Positions 21,247 through 31,386 of a stretch of DNA of 64,000 bases are shown in pieces (the first letter of the stretch is position 1; each line of letters starts with the position of its first letter). Origin of the DNA: Candidatus Marinacidobacterales bacterium (GTDB taxonomy: Bacteria; Acidobacteriota; Vicinamibacteria; Marinacidobacterales; DATDRI01); the NCBI GenBank assembly GCA_965226495.1, contig OZ245365.1, forward strand, positions 5,792,001 to 5,856,000. Reading direction: 5' to 3'. The notes beneath the pieces were generated by a model that was given only the letters and a program-made list of their open reading frames with translations, did not search any database and had not been told where the DNA came from. A program made the translations under genes and the position numbers.

Positions 21247-22929
21247 ATGCCTGGCGTTAGGCTACCGCACCTGAGCTCCCGCGCGACCCTACTTGCGCTC
21301 CTGGCCCTGCTGGTACTGACCGCGGGCTCGAGCGCCTGTGGGAAGAGGGGAAATCCGCTGCCTCCTTTTCAACACATTCCTTCCCCAGTACCCAAGGCTC
21401 GAGTCTCTCAGCGTGGGTCAGTTATCCTTATCGAGTGGGCGGCTCCGACGAAGACGACCGATGGCTCCGAGCTCCGGCTGACGCAGGTAGAAGTGCTTCG
21501 ACGTATCGTCGAGCCGCCGCCACCTGTGCCAGAAGCCCCGCTGACCCCGGAGATCTTGGACACCGAGGGGATGCCTGGCATCACCGACACGGAAGGAGAG
21601 ACGACCCCGGGTGCGGGGACCGCGGGCGAGCGCGAAGCATCCGCGGTAGCCCCCGCGGGCTCGACCCCCGCTTTGCCTATCACAGAGGACGCCGCTCAAC
21701 CGGATTCAGCCCCGCCAGCCCCACCGGCCCCGACGGCTCCTAAAGGGGAACCAACCGAAACGCCAAAGGAGACTGCGAGCCCCTCCCAGGAGACTGCCGA
21801 AGAGACGACGGAGTCCCCACCTGAAGGGCAGACTGAAGGAGACGCGGAGGGTGAGGAGCCGTTGGTCATGGCGGTGCCCCCGTCCATAGTGCAAATGACA
21901 CTCAAGCCCAAGAGGTTCGGCGAGGAAGCGAGGATCATCGCGAAGCTAGAGGTGGACCCGTCCGGGAGCCCGCTTTTTTTCGAAGACGAGTGGAAGCCCC
22001 GGTGGCAGGGTAAGAAACTCGAGTACGCGGTTCGGTACGTCAATCCAAAGGGGCTGAAGGGTGCCCATTCCGGTCCAAGCTCGATACACCCACGGCCACC
22101 ACTTCCCGCGCCGTCTGCGCTTTCGGCAACGGCAGACGATGGCTACGTGAAGATTACTTGGGAGGAGTCGGCTGGACTTGCGGAATGGCAAGAGGCCGTC
22201 AAAGCTCTAATCCCCGAAGGCGTGAAATTGGACTTCGGCTTCAACGTGTACCGGAGGCCTCGGGATGGCGTCTACCGTTCTGCAACGCCGGTGAACCGTA
22301 AGCCAGTGGAAGAGACATTGTTCGAGGATCGGAACGTGAGATTCGGCAGCGCCTCGTGTTACGTCGTTCGTAGCGTTGTGGTTCCGATTATTCTGGAGCC
22401 CTCCCCCGTGGCGCCCGACGACGGAGGCGCAGTCTCCGATCTGAAAGTGCCGTCAGAAGGAGAAATCGATGCGCTGGCGGCAGCAGTTGAGGAGGTTCCG
22501 CCAGGCGTCGCGGCAGGTCTACAAGGCACCGCCGCGGCAACACTTGAAACGGCCAAACAACTCCAGCCACCCGAACCCCAAGCCCTCGTCGAAAGCGAGA
22601 GCACCGACGAAGTTTGTCTGAAGCCCATCGACACATTTCCGCCCGCCGCCCCGTCCCGACTGGTCGCCCTAGAGACGCCGGACGGCATCATGATTTCCTG
22701 GGGCGAGTCCGACGCGCGGGATCTAAAAGGATTCTTGATTTATCGAGCCGATAAAAAGAGAGGACCCTTCGAGCTCCTGACCAAGGAGCCGATTCCCTTG
22801 CCGAGCTTTACCGACAGTGACGTGAGTCCAGGTGAGACTTACTTTTACGCGGTGAGCGCGGTAGATTCCGCCGAGCCGCCCAACGAAAGCGAGCCGAGTT
22901 CCCCGATCGCAGCTACGGCACTCAAGTAG
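21247..22929 (+). CDS. Lipoprotein with fibronectin type III domains and a Pro/Glu-rich insert
   Basis: Lipobox SACGKRGNPLPP; FN3 signatures (ISW, YRAD, YFYAVSAVD..NESEPS). Confidence 0.82.
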   Translation: MPGVRLPHLSSRATLLALLALLVLTAGSSACGKRGNPLPPFQHIPSPVPKARVSQRGSVILIEWAAPTKTTDGSELRLTQVEVLRRIVEPPPPVPEAPLTPEILDTEGMPGITDTEGETTPGAGTAGEREASAVAPAGSTPALPITEDAAQPDSAPPAPPAPTAPKGEPTETPKETASPSQETAEETTESPPEGQTEGDAEGEEPLVMAVPPSIVQMTLKPKRFGEEARIIAKLEVDPSGSPLFFEDEWKPRWQGKKLEYAVRYVNPKGLKGAHSGPSSIHPRPPLPAPSALSATADDGYVKITWEESAGLAEWQEAVKALIPEGVKLDFGFNVYRRPRDGVYRSATPVNRKPVEETLFEDRNVRFGSASCYVVRSVVVPIILEPSPVAPDDGGAVSDLKVPSEGEIDALAAAVEEVPPGVAAGLQGTAAATLETAKQLQPPEPQALVESESTDEVCLKPIDTFPPAAPSRLVALETPDGIMISWGESDARDLKGFLIYRADKKRGPFELLTKEPIPLPSFTDSDVSPGETYFYAVSAVDSAEPPNESEPSSPIAATALK

Positions 22930-22934
22930 GTTCC

Positions 22935-22963
22935 AGGTTCATCGCGGGTTACCCGATGAACCT
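22935..22963. other. Intergenic hairpin (possible terminator or processing stem)
   Basis: AGGTTCATCG...CGATGAACCT perfect 10-bp inverted repeat; no U tail. Confidence 0.45.
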
Positions 22964-23033
22964 AACTTCCAACTATAATGAGTCACCGCCTCGCCGGCGG
23001 GTAGGTCAGTGCCGACTAGGTGGAGGAGGTTAG

Positions 23034-23678
23034 ATGAAAATCTTTCTCGACACAGCCAACGTAGAGGAGATTCGGACGGCCGCGGAGCTAGGTCTCCTCG
23101 ACGGCATCACCACCAACCCCACTCTACTTTCCAGGGAATCGGCTCCTTATCGGAAGCTGCTCGAGCAAATCTGCGAAATGGTCCCGGGCCCGGTCTCGGC
23201 AGAGGTGGTGTCGGAAGATCATCAGGGCATGGTTCGCGAGGGGAAAGAACTGTCCACCATCGCCGAGAACATCGTCGTGAAATGCCCGCTCACGCCGGAA
23301 GGACTCAAGGCGGTCCGGAAGCTCAAGGACGACGGGATCCGTTGCAACGTTACTTTGTGTTTTTCGGTCCCGCAAGCCATCTTCGCCGCCAAGGCCGGAG
23401 CTTACATCGTAAGCCCGTTCGTGGGCCGGCTTGACGACATCGGAAGCGACGGGATGGCTCTCATTCGGGACATTGTCCAGGTATACCGGAACTACCAGTT
23501 CGAGACTCAGGTGCTGGTGGCCAGCATTCGTAACCCTTTGCATGTCATCGAGGCGGCTCGGGTGGCGGCCGATATCTCGACGATGCCGGCCAAGGTTTTC
23601 CACTCTCTGTTCAAGCACCCACTCACCGATATTGGGATCGAGCGATTCCTCAAGGATTGGGAAAAGGCCCAGAAGTAA
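23034..23678 (+). CDS. tal: Transaldolase / fructose-6-phosphate aldolase family
   Basis: MKIFLDTAN, GITTNPT, NIVVKCP, NVTLCFS, SPFVGRLDD, ASIR, HPLTD. Confidence 0.93.
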   Translation: MKIFLDTANVEEIRTAAELGLLDGITTNPTLLSRESAPYRKLLEQICEMVPGPVSAEVVSEDHQGMVREGKELSTIAENIVVKCPLTPEGLKAVRKLKDDGIRCNVTLCFSVPQAIFAAKAGAYIVSPFVGRLDDIGSDGMALIRDIVQVYRNYQFETQVLVASIRNPLHVIEAARVAADISTMPAKVFHSLFKHPLTDIGIERFLKDWEKAQK

Positions 23679-23681
23679 ATC

Positions 23682-25232
23682 ATGCCCCCAGGCGACCGGT
23701 CGGCCGAGCTTAACGAGCGAAATCGTCGATCCAGCGAAGCCGGAGGTGCCGAGCGCATCGAGCGACAGCACGCCGCCGGGAAGCTCACCGCAAGAGAGAG
23801 AATAGAAGTCCTCGTCGATCCAGGAACCTTCGAGGAGCTCGATCGCTTGGTGACCCATCGGGCTCGGGATTTCGGAATGGATCAGACCGTTATCCCCGGC
23901 GATGGAGTGATTACCGGCTACGGGCGCATCGAGGACCGTCTCGTTTATCTCTTCGCCCAGGATTTCACCGTCTTCGGTGGCTCGCTCTCCGAGGCGTACG
24001 CCGAAAAGATCTGCAAGGTGATGGATCTGGCGATGAAGATCGGTGCACCTATTTTGGGGCTCAATGACTCTGGCGGCGCTCGAATCCAAGAAGGAGTCGT
24101 CTCGCTCGCGGGCTACGCAGATATTTTCCTCCGCAACACCCTGGCGTCAGGGGTGGTTCCGCAGATTTCTGCCATTATGGGGCCTTGTGCGGGGGGAGCC
24201 GTCTACTCGCCGGCCATTACCGATTTCACTTTCATGGTGCGGGACACGAGTTACATGTTCGTGACCGGTCCGGATGTCATCAAGACCGTGACCCACGAGC
24301 GGGTGACGATGGAGGAATTGGGCGGAGCGGCGACGCACAACGAAGTCTCCGGGGTCGCCCACGTCATGGCGGAGGACGATCGGGACTGCCTGCAGACGAT
24401 TCGAAGGCTGCTATCGTTTCTACCGAGCAACAACTTGGACGAAGCGCCCACTCTGGAATGCACCGATCCACTGGATCGCGAAGACGACGCGATCGACAGC
24501 TTGATCCCCGAAGAGCCTGATCGTCCCTACGATATGAAGGAGCTCATTCGCTCGGTTGTCGACGATGGTGAGTTCCTCGAAATGCACGAGCATTTCGCAC
24601 AGAATATCGTGGTCGGGTTTTCCCGATTGGGAGGAAGATCAGTAGGCATCGTCGCCAACCAACCCGCCGTGCTCGCTGGCGTGCTGGACATCAACGCGTC
24701 GGTCAAAGGGGCTCGTTTCGTCCGTTTCTGCGATGCCTTCAACATCCCTTTGGTGACCTTCGAGGATGTGCCGGGGTTCCTCCCTGGCACCGATCAGGAA
24801 TGGGGCGGCATCATTCGGCATGGCGCCAAGCTCTTGTTTGCCTTTGCCGAGGCCACGGTTCCCAAATTGACGGTGGTAACACGAAAGGCATACGGCGGGG
24901 CTTACTGCGTGATGGCCAGTAAACACATCCGCACCGACGTCAACTATGCGTATCCGACGGCGGAGATCGCGGTCATGGGCCCCGAAGGTGCGGTGAACAT
25001 TCTTTACCGCAAAGAGCTCGCGGCAGCTTCCGACGCCGAGGCTCTGCGGAAGGAAAAAGTGGCGGAGTTTCGAGCCAAGCTGGCCAATCCGTATGTGGCC
25101 GCGGAGCGAGGCTACATCGATGAGGTTATCGAGCCTCGGAAGACTCGCCGAAAACTAACCACCGCCTTGGCTGCCCTCGCTACCAAGAAAGACCGGAACC
25201 CACCGAAAAAACACGGCAACATTCCGCTTTAA
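23682..25232 (+). CDS. pccB: Acyl-CoA (propionyl/methylmalonyl-CoA-type) carboxylase, carboxyltransferase subunit
   Basis: [45 protein letters not shown]. Confidence 0.92.
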   Translation: MPPGDRSAELNERNRRSSEAGGAERIERQHAAGKLTARERIEVLVDPGTFEELDRLVTHRARDFGMDQTVIPGDGVITGYGRIEDRLVYLFAQDFTVFGGSLSEAYAEKICKVMDLAMKIGAPILGLNDSGGARIQEGVVSLAGYADIFLRNTLASGVVPQISAIMGPCAGGAVYSPAITDFTFMVRDTSYMFVTGPDVIKTVTHERVTMEELGGAATHNEVSGVAHVMAEDDRDCLQTIRRLLSFLPSNNLDEAPTLECTDPLDREDDAIDSLIPEEPDRPYDMKELIRSVVDDGEFLEMHEHFAQNIVVGFSRLGGRSVGIVANQPAVLAGVLDINASVKGARFVRFCDAFNIPLVTFEDVPGFLPGTDQEWGGIIRHGAKLLFAFAEATVPKLTVVTRKAYGGAYCVMASKHIRTDVNYAYPTAEIAVMGPEGAVNILYRKELAAASDAEALRKEKVAEFRAKLANPYVAAERGYIDEVIEPRKTRRKLTTALAALATKKDRNPPKKHGNIPL

Positions 25233-25249
25233 TCTCATCGAGGCCAAGG

Positions 25250-26767
25250 ATGCCAATCTTTCGCAAGCTACTTGTCGCCAATCGGGGCGAGATCGCGGTT
25301 CGTATTCTGAGGACTTGTCGCGAGCTCGGGATAGCCACGGTGGCGGTCTATTCGGATGCGGACCGCGACAGTTTGCATGTGCGCTACGCCGACGAAGCGC
25401 GGCGGATCGGACCGGCACCGTCGGCCGAAAGTTACCTCGACATGGATGCGGTGCTCCAGGCGGCTCGGGAAACAGGTGCGGACTCGCTGCATCCCGGCTA
25501 CGGTTTCTTGGCCGAGAACCCGGAGTTCGCGAAGCGCTGTGAGGAAGTGGGGCTGGTTTTCATCGGACCGACTCCCGAAGCGGTTGCCCTCATGGGCGAC
25601 AAGGTCGAGGCTCGCCGCGTTGCTCGAAAGGCCGGAGTCCCCACCGTTCCGGGAAGCGAGCTGCTGTCGAGCGATGTCGATGCGCTCAGCGAAGCGAAAC
25701 GGATCGGGTTTCCGCTACTCGTCAAAGCGGTTGCCGGCGGCGGCGGAAAGGGAATGCGGATCGTAAGCTCTGAGTCCGAACTAGAAACTGCGCTCCAGCA
25801 AGCGGCTTCGGAGGCGAGCTCGAGTTTCGGCAATCCCTCGGTCTATCTCGAACACTATCTTCATCGACCTCGTCACATCGAGTTTCAGATTGTGGCCGAC
25901 GATGCGGGTTCGGTCGTCCACCTGCTCGAACGTGAATGCTCGATTCAAAGAAGGCATCAGAAACTCATCGAGGAGTGTCCATCACCGCGCTTGGACTCCG
26001 AGCTCCGGCAACGTATGGGTGAAGCGGCGGTGGCGTTGGCGAGGAAAGCCGACTACCGGAACGTGGGTACCGTCGAGTTCCTATTGGACGGCAATGGGGA
26101 GTTCTATTTTCTCGAAATGAATGCTCGACTACAGGTGGAGCATCCCGTTACCGAAATGGTGGTCGGTCTGGATCTCGTTCGGCTGCAGCTCGCCCTGGCT
26201 GCCGGAGAAGCACTTCCTTTCACGCAAGCCGACATACGCCCGCATGGTTGGGCGATGGAATTCCGCATTGTGGCGGAGGATCCGTATCAGGATTTTCTGC
26301 CGTCGCCGGGAAGAATCGACTTTCTGAGGCCGGCGGGTGGGCCTGGGGTCCGGGACGATAGCGGCGTCTTTTCCGGCTGGGAAGTTCAGCCCCATTACGA
26401 TCCGTTGCTCGCGAAGCTCATCGTCTGGGGTCGAGACCGGCGAGACTGTCTCGCACGGGCGAAGCGTGCGCTCGAGGAGTATCGGGTCGACGGGATCTCG
26501 ACGACTCTGCCGTTCTTCCAGAAAGTACTCCAGGATCCTCAGTTTCTCGCTGGGGAGATCGATGTCGGTTACATCGATCGAAATTGGGAAGGATCGGCGT
26601 CGACCCCTGTATCGATCGCTGTCGATCGCGACCGAGCGGCCCTCATCGCCGCCGCGGTGGCTGTTTATCGTTCGGCTGTCCGACCGCGACGGCGCACAAC
26701 CGCGGTGGCGGCGCCGTCGGTATGGAAGCGAACCGGTATTCGCGAGCAGCATGGGAGCCGCCTGTGA
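25250..26767 (+). CDS. accC: Biotin carboxylase subunit
   Basis: ANRGEIA, HPGYGFLAEN, GGGGKGMR, RECSIQRRHQK, EMNARLQVEHPVTE. Confidence 0.95.
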   Translation: MPIFRKLLVANRGEIAVRILRTCRELGIATVAVYSDADRDSLHVRYADEARRIGPAPSAESYLDMDAVLQAARETGADSLHPGYGFLAENPEFAKRCEEVGLVFIGPTPEAVALMGDKVEARRVARKAGVPTVPGSELLSSDVDALSEAKRIGFPLLVKAVAGGGGKGMRIVSSESELETALQQAASEASSSFGNPSVYLEHYLHRPRHIEFQIVADDAGSVVHLLERECSIQRRHQKLIEECPSPRLDSELRQRMGEAAVALARKADYRNVGTVEFLLDGNGEFYFLEMNARLQVEHPVTEMVVGLDLVRLQLALAAGEALPFTQADIRPHGWAMEFRIVAEDPYQDFLPSPGRIDFLRPAGGPGVRDDSGVFSGWEVQPHYDPLLAKLIVWGRDRRDCLARAKRALEEYRVDGISTTLPFFQKVLQDPQFLAGEIDVGYIDRNWEGSASTPVSIAVDRDRAALIAAAVAVYRSAVRPRRRTTAVAAPSVWKRTGIREQHGSRL

Positions 26768-27300
26768 AGCCTGTGAAGCCTGTGAAGAATGCGAAGAGGC
26801 TGACGCTGCTCGCAGGCGAAGAGTCCTTCCCGATGGAGGTCGGTGAAGGCGAAGGGCGGTTGCAGGTAACTCTTTCCGGTAAACCCTTGGAGTTCGACCT
26901 AGGCGATCAGCGAGGGGGAGGACTATCCATCATTGTCGAAGGGCGATCCTATGAGGCTCGAGTGACGATCGATGGCAATCGCATCGCCGTTGAAATAGAC
27001 GGAGAGCGACGGGTCTTCGAGTTGGACGATGCTCCCGAGAAAGACGTTCGGCCCGGGGGCAGGAAGCGGCAGGGTTCCGCGCAAGTCGTGGCCCCGATGC
27101 CCGGTAAGGTGGTCAAGCTGCTCGCCGAGCCGGGAGAGCAGGTGCAAGCGGACCAAGGGGTGCTGCTATTCGAGGCCATGAAGATGCAGAACGAGATCCG
27201 AAGTCCCGTGGCCGGGACTCTAGTGGCGATCGACGTTCGAGAGGGCGCAGTGGTCGAGTCGCGGGACCGGCTGTTTACGGTGAAGGTCGGCGCGAAGTAG
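26764..27300 (+). CDS. Biotin carboxyl carrier protein subunit
   Basis: APMPGKV...EAMKMQNE biotinylation motif; GTG start overlaps the accC stop. Confidence 0.9.
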   Translation: MKPVKPVKNAKRLTLLAGEESFPMEVGEGEGRLQVTLSGKPLEFDLGDQRGGGLSIIVEGRSYEARVTIDGNRIAVEIDGERRVFELDDAPEKDVRPGGRKRQGSAQVVAPMPGKVVKLLAEPGEQVQADQGVLLFEAMKMQNEIRSPVAGTLVAIDVREGAVVESRDRLFTVKVGAK

Positions 27301-27422
27301 CCATCCCGGTGCCGCGCCGAGCGCTCAATAGCGCTACAATGGAACGCAGCTCCCGTAAAGGCACACCAGGTCGGGCGAACCGTGCTGCGGAACCCCCGAA
27401 AACATTATTAGGTAGATAGACC

Positions 27423-30400
27423 TTGAAGAGCCGCCGCTGGACACGCATCCTAACCGGCATTCTAGGTTGGGTGATCGGAGTCGCCGCCTCAGTCACAGCG
27501 ACAACCCTCCTTTTTTTAGCAGTTTTCATCCTATTCTTCGACTATCCCGATTACCTGCGGCAATGGATCGAGGATGAGGCGACCCGGGTCCTGGACACTT
27601 CGGTTTCAATCGACAGTATTTCGGTTGATCTACCTAATTATAGTTTCGTTATTGCGGGCGTTCGGGTCGAAGCCCGAACGGATGGGCCGGCCCCACTCGA
27701 GATCGAGAGCGTACGTGGTCAGCTCAACTTGACCGGGGTCTTCGACCGAGAGCTCCATCTTTCGCTTCTGGAAGTAAGCGGTCTCAAGTTTCGCGTGCAG
27801 GACTACGGGGGAGGTCGGATCGAGGCGCCCGGGCGCTTGCGCACACCGGGGGGACCCGCAAATTCAGAAGCCAGCGGAATGGCCCTTCTGGCGGATCGGA
27901 TTCGAATCGAGAACGCGTTCTTCGTTTACAACAACACGAATATCCCCTGGCGGCTGGAAGCGGACGAGCTCGCCGCGAACTTGGAGAGGGAGAGCTCCGG
28001 CCGGTTTCGGGGCACGGTCGAATACGAGCGCGGCTCGGTTCGAGTCAAGGGGCGTCAGCCGATCGAGGCCGCAGTCGACGCTCGCTTCAGGCTCAGCGGG
28101 CGAGAGTTGGAACTAGAAGAGCTCAACGCTCGGGGATCTTTCTATGAGCTCTCGTCCAAAGGGAGCATAACGCTTGGGACGGACCCACAAGTCGAGCTCT
28201 CGATTGACGTCGAGAGCGAGGTCGGGCCGGCGGCTACGCGTCTACTTGGTCTCACCCTGCTTTCGAGCGGACGGGGAAATCAGAAGGGAAGTTTTGAGGG
28301 CAGTCTCCTAATGGGGCGGGGCTGGCACCTCTTGCGAGGCGTCGCGCGGATCCCGGAGGCACGATTCGCCGGAATCCCTCTACGCGATTTCGAGGGGAAC
28401 GTACTTTGGGATCGCAACATCGTCGAGTTGCAGTCCGCCGAGGCAGTTTTTGCTGGCGGGACGGCGTCGTTCGATTTCAAACAGCCAGCTCCGATAGCTA
28501 CAAGAACTGCCGAGCTCGACTTGAAGTTCGAAGACGTTCGCTTGTCACAACTCATGGAGTCATCCGGCGATGACCTGGAGCGTTTTGCTTCTCGCGTGTC
28601 GGGTGGTGCGAACCTCAACTTCCCTTTGGCCGACCCGACTTTTGCCACCGGAGACTTCGAGCTCGTAGGTGTCGCCCCCGATGAGCCCGATGAGCCTGAC
28701 GAGTCCGAGCTTCCCGGACTCGACTTTTCGGTAGGCGGCGTCTTGGAAAGTGGGGAACTGGAACTGCGCCCGAGTCGTTTCGAGAGCGACGGCGTTGTCG
28801 CGACCCTAGCGGGCGCGTACCCACGAACTGCGCCGGCGAGTCTGAGCTTCGAAGCCGTCGCCCAAGATCTTGCCCGTGCCGACCGACTGCAGCGAGGACT
28901 GCGCGCTCTCGTGAATCCCGAACGTCAGCCGCAGTTACTCGGCGTCACCGGAAGCGGTCGCGCCAAGGGCCGTTTGGAAGGACGGCTTCCCGGGCTGACA
29001 TTCAAAGGTACGTTCAGCGGTCGCGACGTTACTTACTACGGGATTCGATGGGGAGATGTGGAGGCGGATGGAAGCCTTAGCGCTAAAGAAGTGCACTTCG
29101 ATTCTTTCCAATCCAAAGCGGGTGACGATGAGCTCGCCGGTCGCGGCACTCTGGCATTAGGCTCCAGTCCCCTAGCCGAGTCGACCAGAGATTTCGCCGT
29201 GGCGGTGGAGCTCCGCGGCTGGCCTGCCTCGTCGCTCGAGATCCTTTTGGGGATCCCGCTCGATCTGCAGGGACGGCTCACCGGGAAGGGGAGGTTTTCA
29301 TCCGCCGCCGGCGAGCGCAGTGGAGAAGCCAGAGGATCGTTGGTGTCGGGATCCTTCCAAGGCCAAGACTTCGACCGCGCATCATCCCGCATAAGGCTTC
29401 ACGGACGAGAGCTGTCTTTAGACGATCTTTCAATCTCTCGCGGACCTGCCGAGCTCAGCGGCACGTTCAGGCTGGATATCGACTCGCGCGAGGTGAAGAG
29501 CGACCTCCGAGGTCGACGCCTGCCGGTATCGGCACTCGGATCGATGGCCGCGAAGATCCAGGGTGAGCTTGATGGATCTGTCTCGGTCGCGGGAAGAGTC
29601 TCCGCGCCCGACATTGATGTCGAAGCCGAGGTCTCGGGCTTGGCGGTCGCCGGAGCAGAGCTTGGCAGCGGACGGGTCGAGTTACACGTACGCGGTGAGT
29701 CTTTACGCGGGGGCCTGACCGTCACCGGGCGATCCCTCGAGCTAGAGACCCAGGTGCAAGTCCGTATCGCGCCCGGTTTTCCCGTCGAGGGGCAGGTGCG
29801 CTTTCGCGGTGCCGATCTCGCCCCCATGCTGCGCTCCATGCGCGATGAGCTGCCCGAATCTTTGCGCCTGATCTCGGACGGCCAGGCCTCTTTTGAAGGA
29901 CGACTCGAATCCATCGAGACCTTTTCCGGGGAAGGTAGGTTGTCCAGTCTTACCACCGATGTTTCCAACTATCGTCTCGTTTCGTCCGCGCCGGTCCAAC
30001 TGAAGCTTCGGCGAGGGACCCTCGAGGTGAGCACGATGGAGCTCGTCGGCGACGATACCCGCATTCGATTGGGCGGCAGCTTGGGCCTCGATGGAACGGA
30101 GATGGATTTGGATGCCGACGGCATGGTCAATCTCCACCTGCTGAGCTCACTCTTCCCTTCCACGACATGGTCTGGAAAGGCCGAGGTGGCGGCGAACTTC
30201 AAAGGTGGTTGGGCACATCCCTCCGTTTCCGGCCACGTCGATCTCAACCAGGGAGCCTTGAGCTTCAGGGAGTTTCCGCACGCGTTCGGGGATATTCATG
30301 GCCGCGTCCTCTTCGATAACCGGACCGTGCGACTGCAAGGTCTGGAAGCTCGTTTCGGGGGAGCACCGGTCAGCTTGACGGGCTCTTTATCGTTGACCGG

Positions 30401-31382
30401 GCTCCGTCCCGATTCCTTCGAGTTGAGGGCAAGTGGCAGCGGGCTCCGTCTTCGCTACCCGCAAGGGCTGGCCGCGACAGTGGATGCGGACCTGTCCCTC
30501 ACCGGCACGGCGAGCGCACAGATCCTCGCGGGACGAGTCGAGATTCAGGAAGCGACCTGGACGAGGGAGTACGACATTGCAGCAGGAATCCTCGGTACTC
30601 GTGACGTCATCGATTTGGTGGAGCCGACCGTAGAATCACGTTTTCCCGATCTCCGTTTGGACGTGAGCGTTGTCGCGCCCGACAGCTTGAGGGTTCGCAA
30701 TTCGCTGGCGACGATCGATGGAGGCGCGGAGTTCCAGCTTCGCGGGACGTTTGACCGCCCGGCTCTGCTTGGACGCGCCGAGGCCGCGCGAGGCGAAGTA
30801 TTTCTGCTTGGGCAGCGGTACATCATCGTTTCCGGGAAAGTGGAGTTCGTCGACCCTAGTTCCATCAAACCGTTCTTCGATCTAGCGGCCGAGGCCCGTG
30901 TAAGGAGCTACCAGGTTCAGCTCCGTCTTACCGGAACACCCGATCGCTTTTTTCCCGAATTGAGCTCCGACCCACCCCTCCGACCGGTCGAGATCTTGAG
31001 GCTCCTCGCCGGCGCTACCGAAAGCGAGCTCAGAACCGTTGGTACCGCGGAAGAGGAGTTGGCCAGTGTGACCGTCGCCAGCCTCCTCACCGAGAGACTC
31101 AACCAGCAGTTGAGCCGACGCGCCGAGCGGCTCTTCGGTCTCGATCGCTTTAGTGTCAATCCCTCCTTGGTAGGGCAATTCGCGAACCCGGTCGCTCGCG
31201 TCAGTGTGGGGAAACAAGTCTCCCGTGACGTGGCCATCAATTACTCGACCGCCTTCGGTGAGACCACGGAGTCGATCGTGGTCGTCATCGAGTACACACC
31301 CAAGGGACCGGTGTCTTGGATTTTCTCTCGGGACGAGACCGGCGCCCTCGCGGTGGACATGAAGTTCCGAAAGAGCTTTTGA
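27423..31382 (+). CDS. tamB: Translocation and assembly module TamB / AsmA-like protein
   Basis: N-terminal TM, long beta-rich body, C-terminal DUF490-like region (LSSDPPL...ILRLL; VGKQVSRDV); next to an Omp85 gene. Confidence 0.88.
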   Translation: MKSRRWTRILTGILGWVIGVAASVTATTLLFLAVFILFFDYPDYLRQWIEDEATRVLDTSVSIDSISVDLPNYSFVIAGVRVEARTDGPAPLEIESVRGQLNLTGVFDRELHLSLLEVSGLKFRVQDYGGGRIEAPGRLRTPGGPANSEASGMALLADRIRIENAFFVYNNTNIPWRLEADELAANLERESSGRFRGTVEYERGSVRVKGRQPIEAAVDARFRLSGRELELEELNARGSFYELSSKGSITLGTDPQVELSIDVESEVGPAATRLLGLTLLSSGRGNQKGSFEGSLLMGRGWHLLRGVARIPEARFAGIPLRDFEGNVLWDRNIVELQSAEAVFAGGTASFDFKQPAPIATRTAELDLKFEDVRLSQLMESSGDDLERFASRVSGGANLNFPLADPTFATGDFELVGVAPDEPDEPDESELPGLDFSVGGVLESGELELRPSRFESDGVVATLAGAYPRTAPASLSFEAVAQDLARADRLQRGLRALVNPERQPQLLGVTGSGRAKGRLEGRLPGLTFKGTFSGRDVTYYGIRWGDVEADGSLSAKEVHFDSFQSKAGDDELAGRGTLALGSSPLAESTRDFAVAVELRGWPASSLEILLGIPLDLQGRLTGKGRFSSAAGERSGEARGSLVSGSFQGQDFDRASSRIRLHGRELSLDDLSISRGPAELSGTFRLDIDSREVKSDLRGRRLPVSALGSMAAKIQGELDGSVSVAGRVSAPDIDVEAEVSGLAVAGAELGSGRVELHVRGESLRGGLTVTGRSLELETQVQVRIAPGFPVEGQVRFRGADLAPMLRSMRDELPESLRLISDGQASFEGRLESIETFSGEGRLSSLTTDVSNYRLVSSAPVQLKLRRGTLEVSTMELVGDDTRIRLGGSLGLDGTEMDLDADGMVNLHLLSSLFPSTTWSGKAEVAANFKGGWAHPSVSGHVDLNQGALSFREFPHAFGDIHGRVLFDNRTVRLQGLEARFGGAPVSLTGSLSLTGLRPDSFELRASGSGLRLRYPQGLAATVDADLSLTGTASAQILAGRVEIQEATWTREYDIAAGILGTRDVIDLVEPTVESRFPDLRLDVSVVAPDSLRVRNSLATIDGGAEFQLRGTFDRPALLGRAEAARGEVFLLGQRYIIVSGKVEFVDPSSIKPFFDLAAEARVRSYQVQLRLTGTPDRFFPELSSDPPLRPVEILRLLAGATESELRTVGTAEEELASVTVASLLTERLNQQLSRRAERLFGLDRFSVNPSLVGQFANPVARVSVGKQVSRDVAINYSTAFGETTESIVVVIEYTPKGPVSWIFSRDETGALAVDMKFRKSF

Positions 31383-31386
31383 AGCG

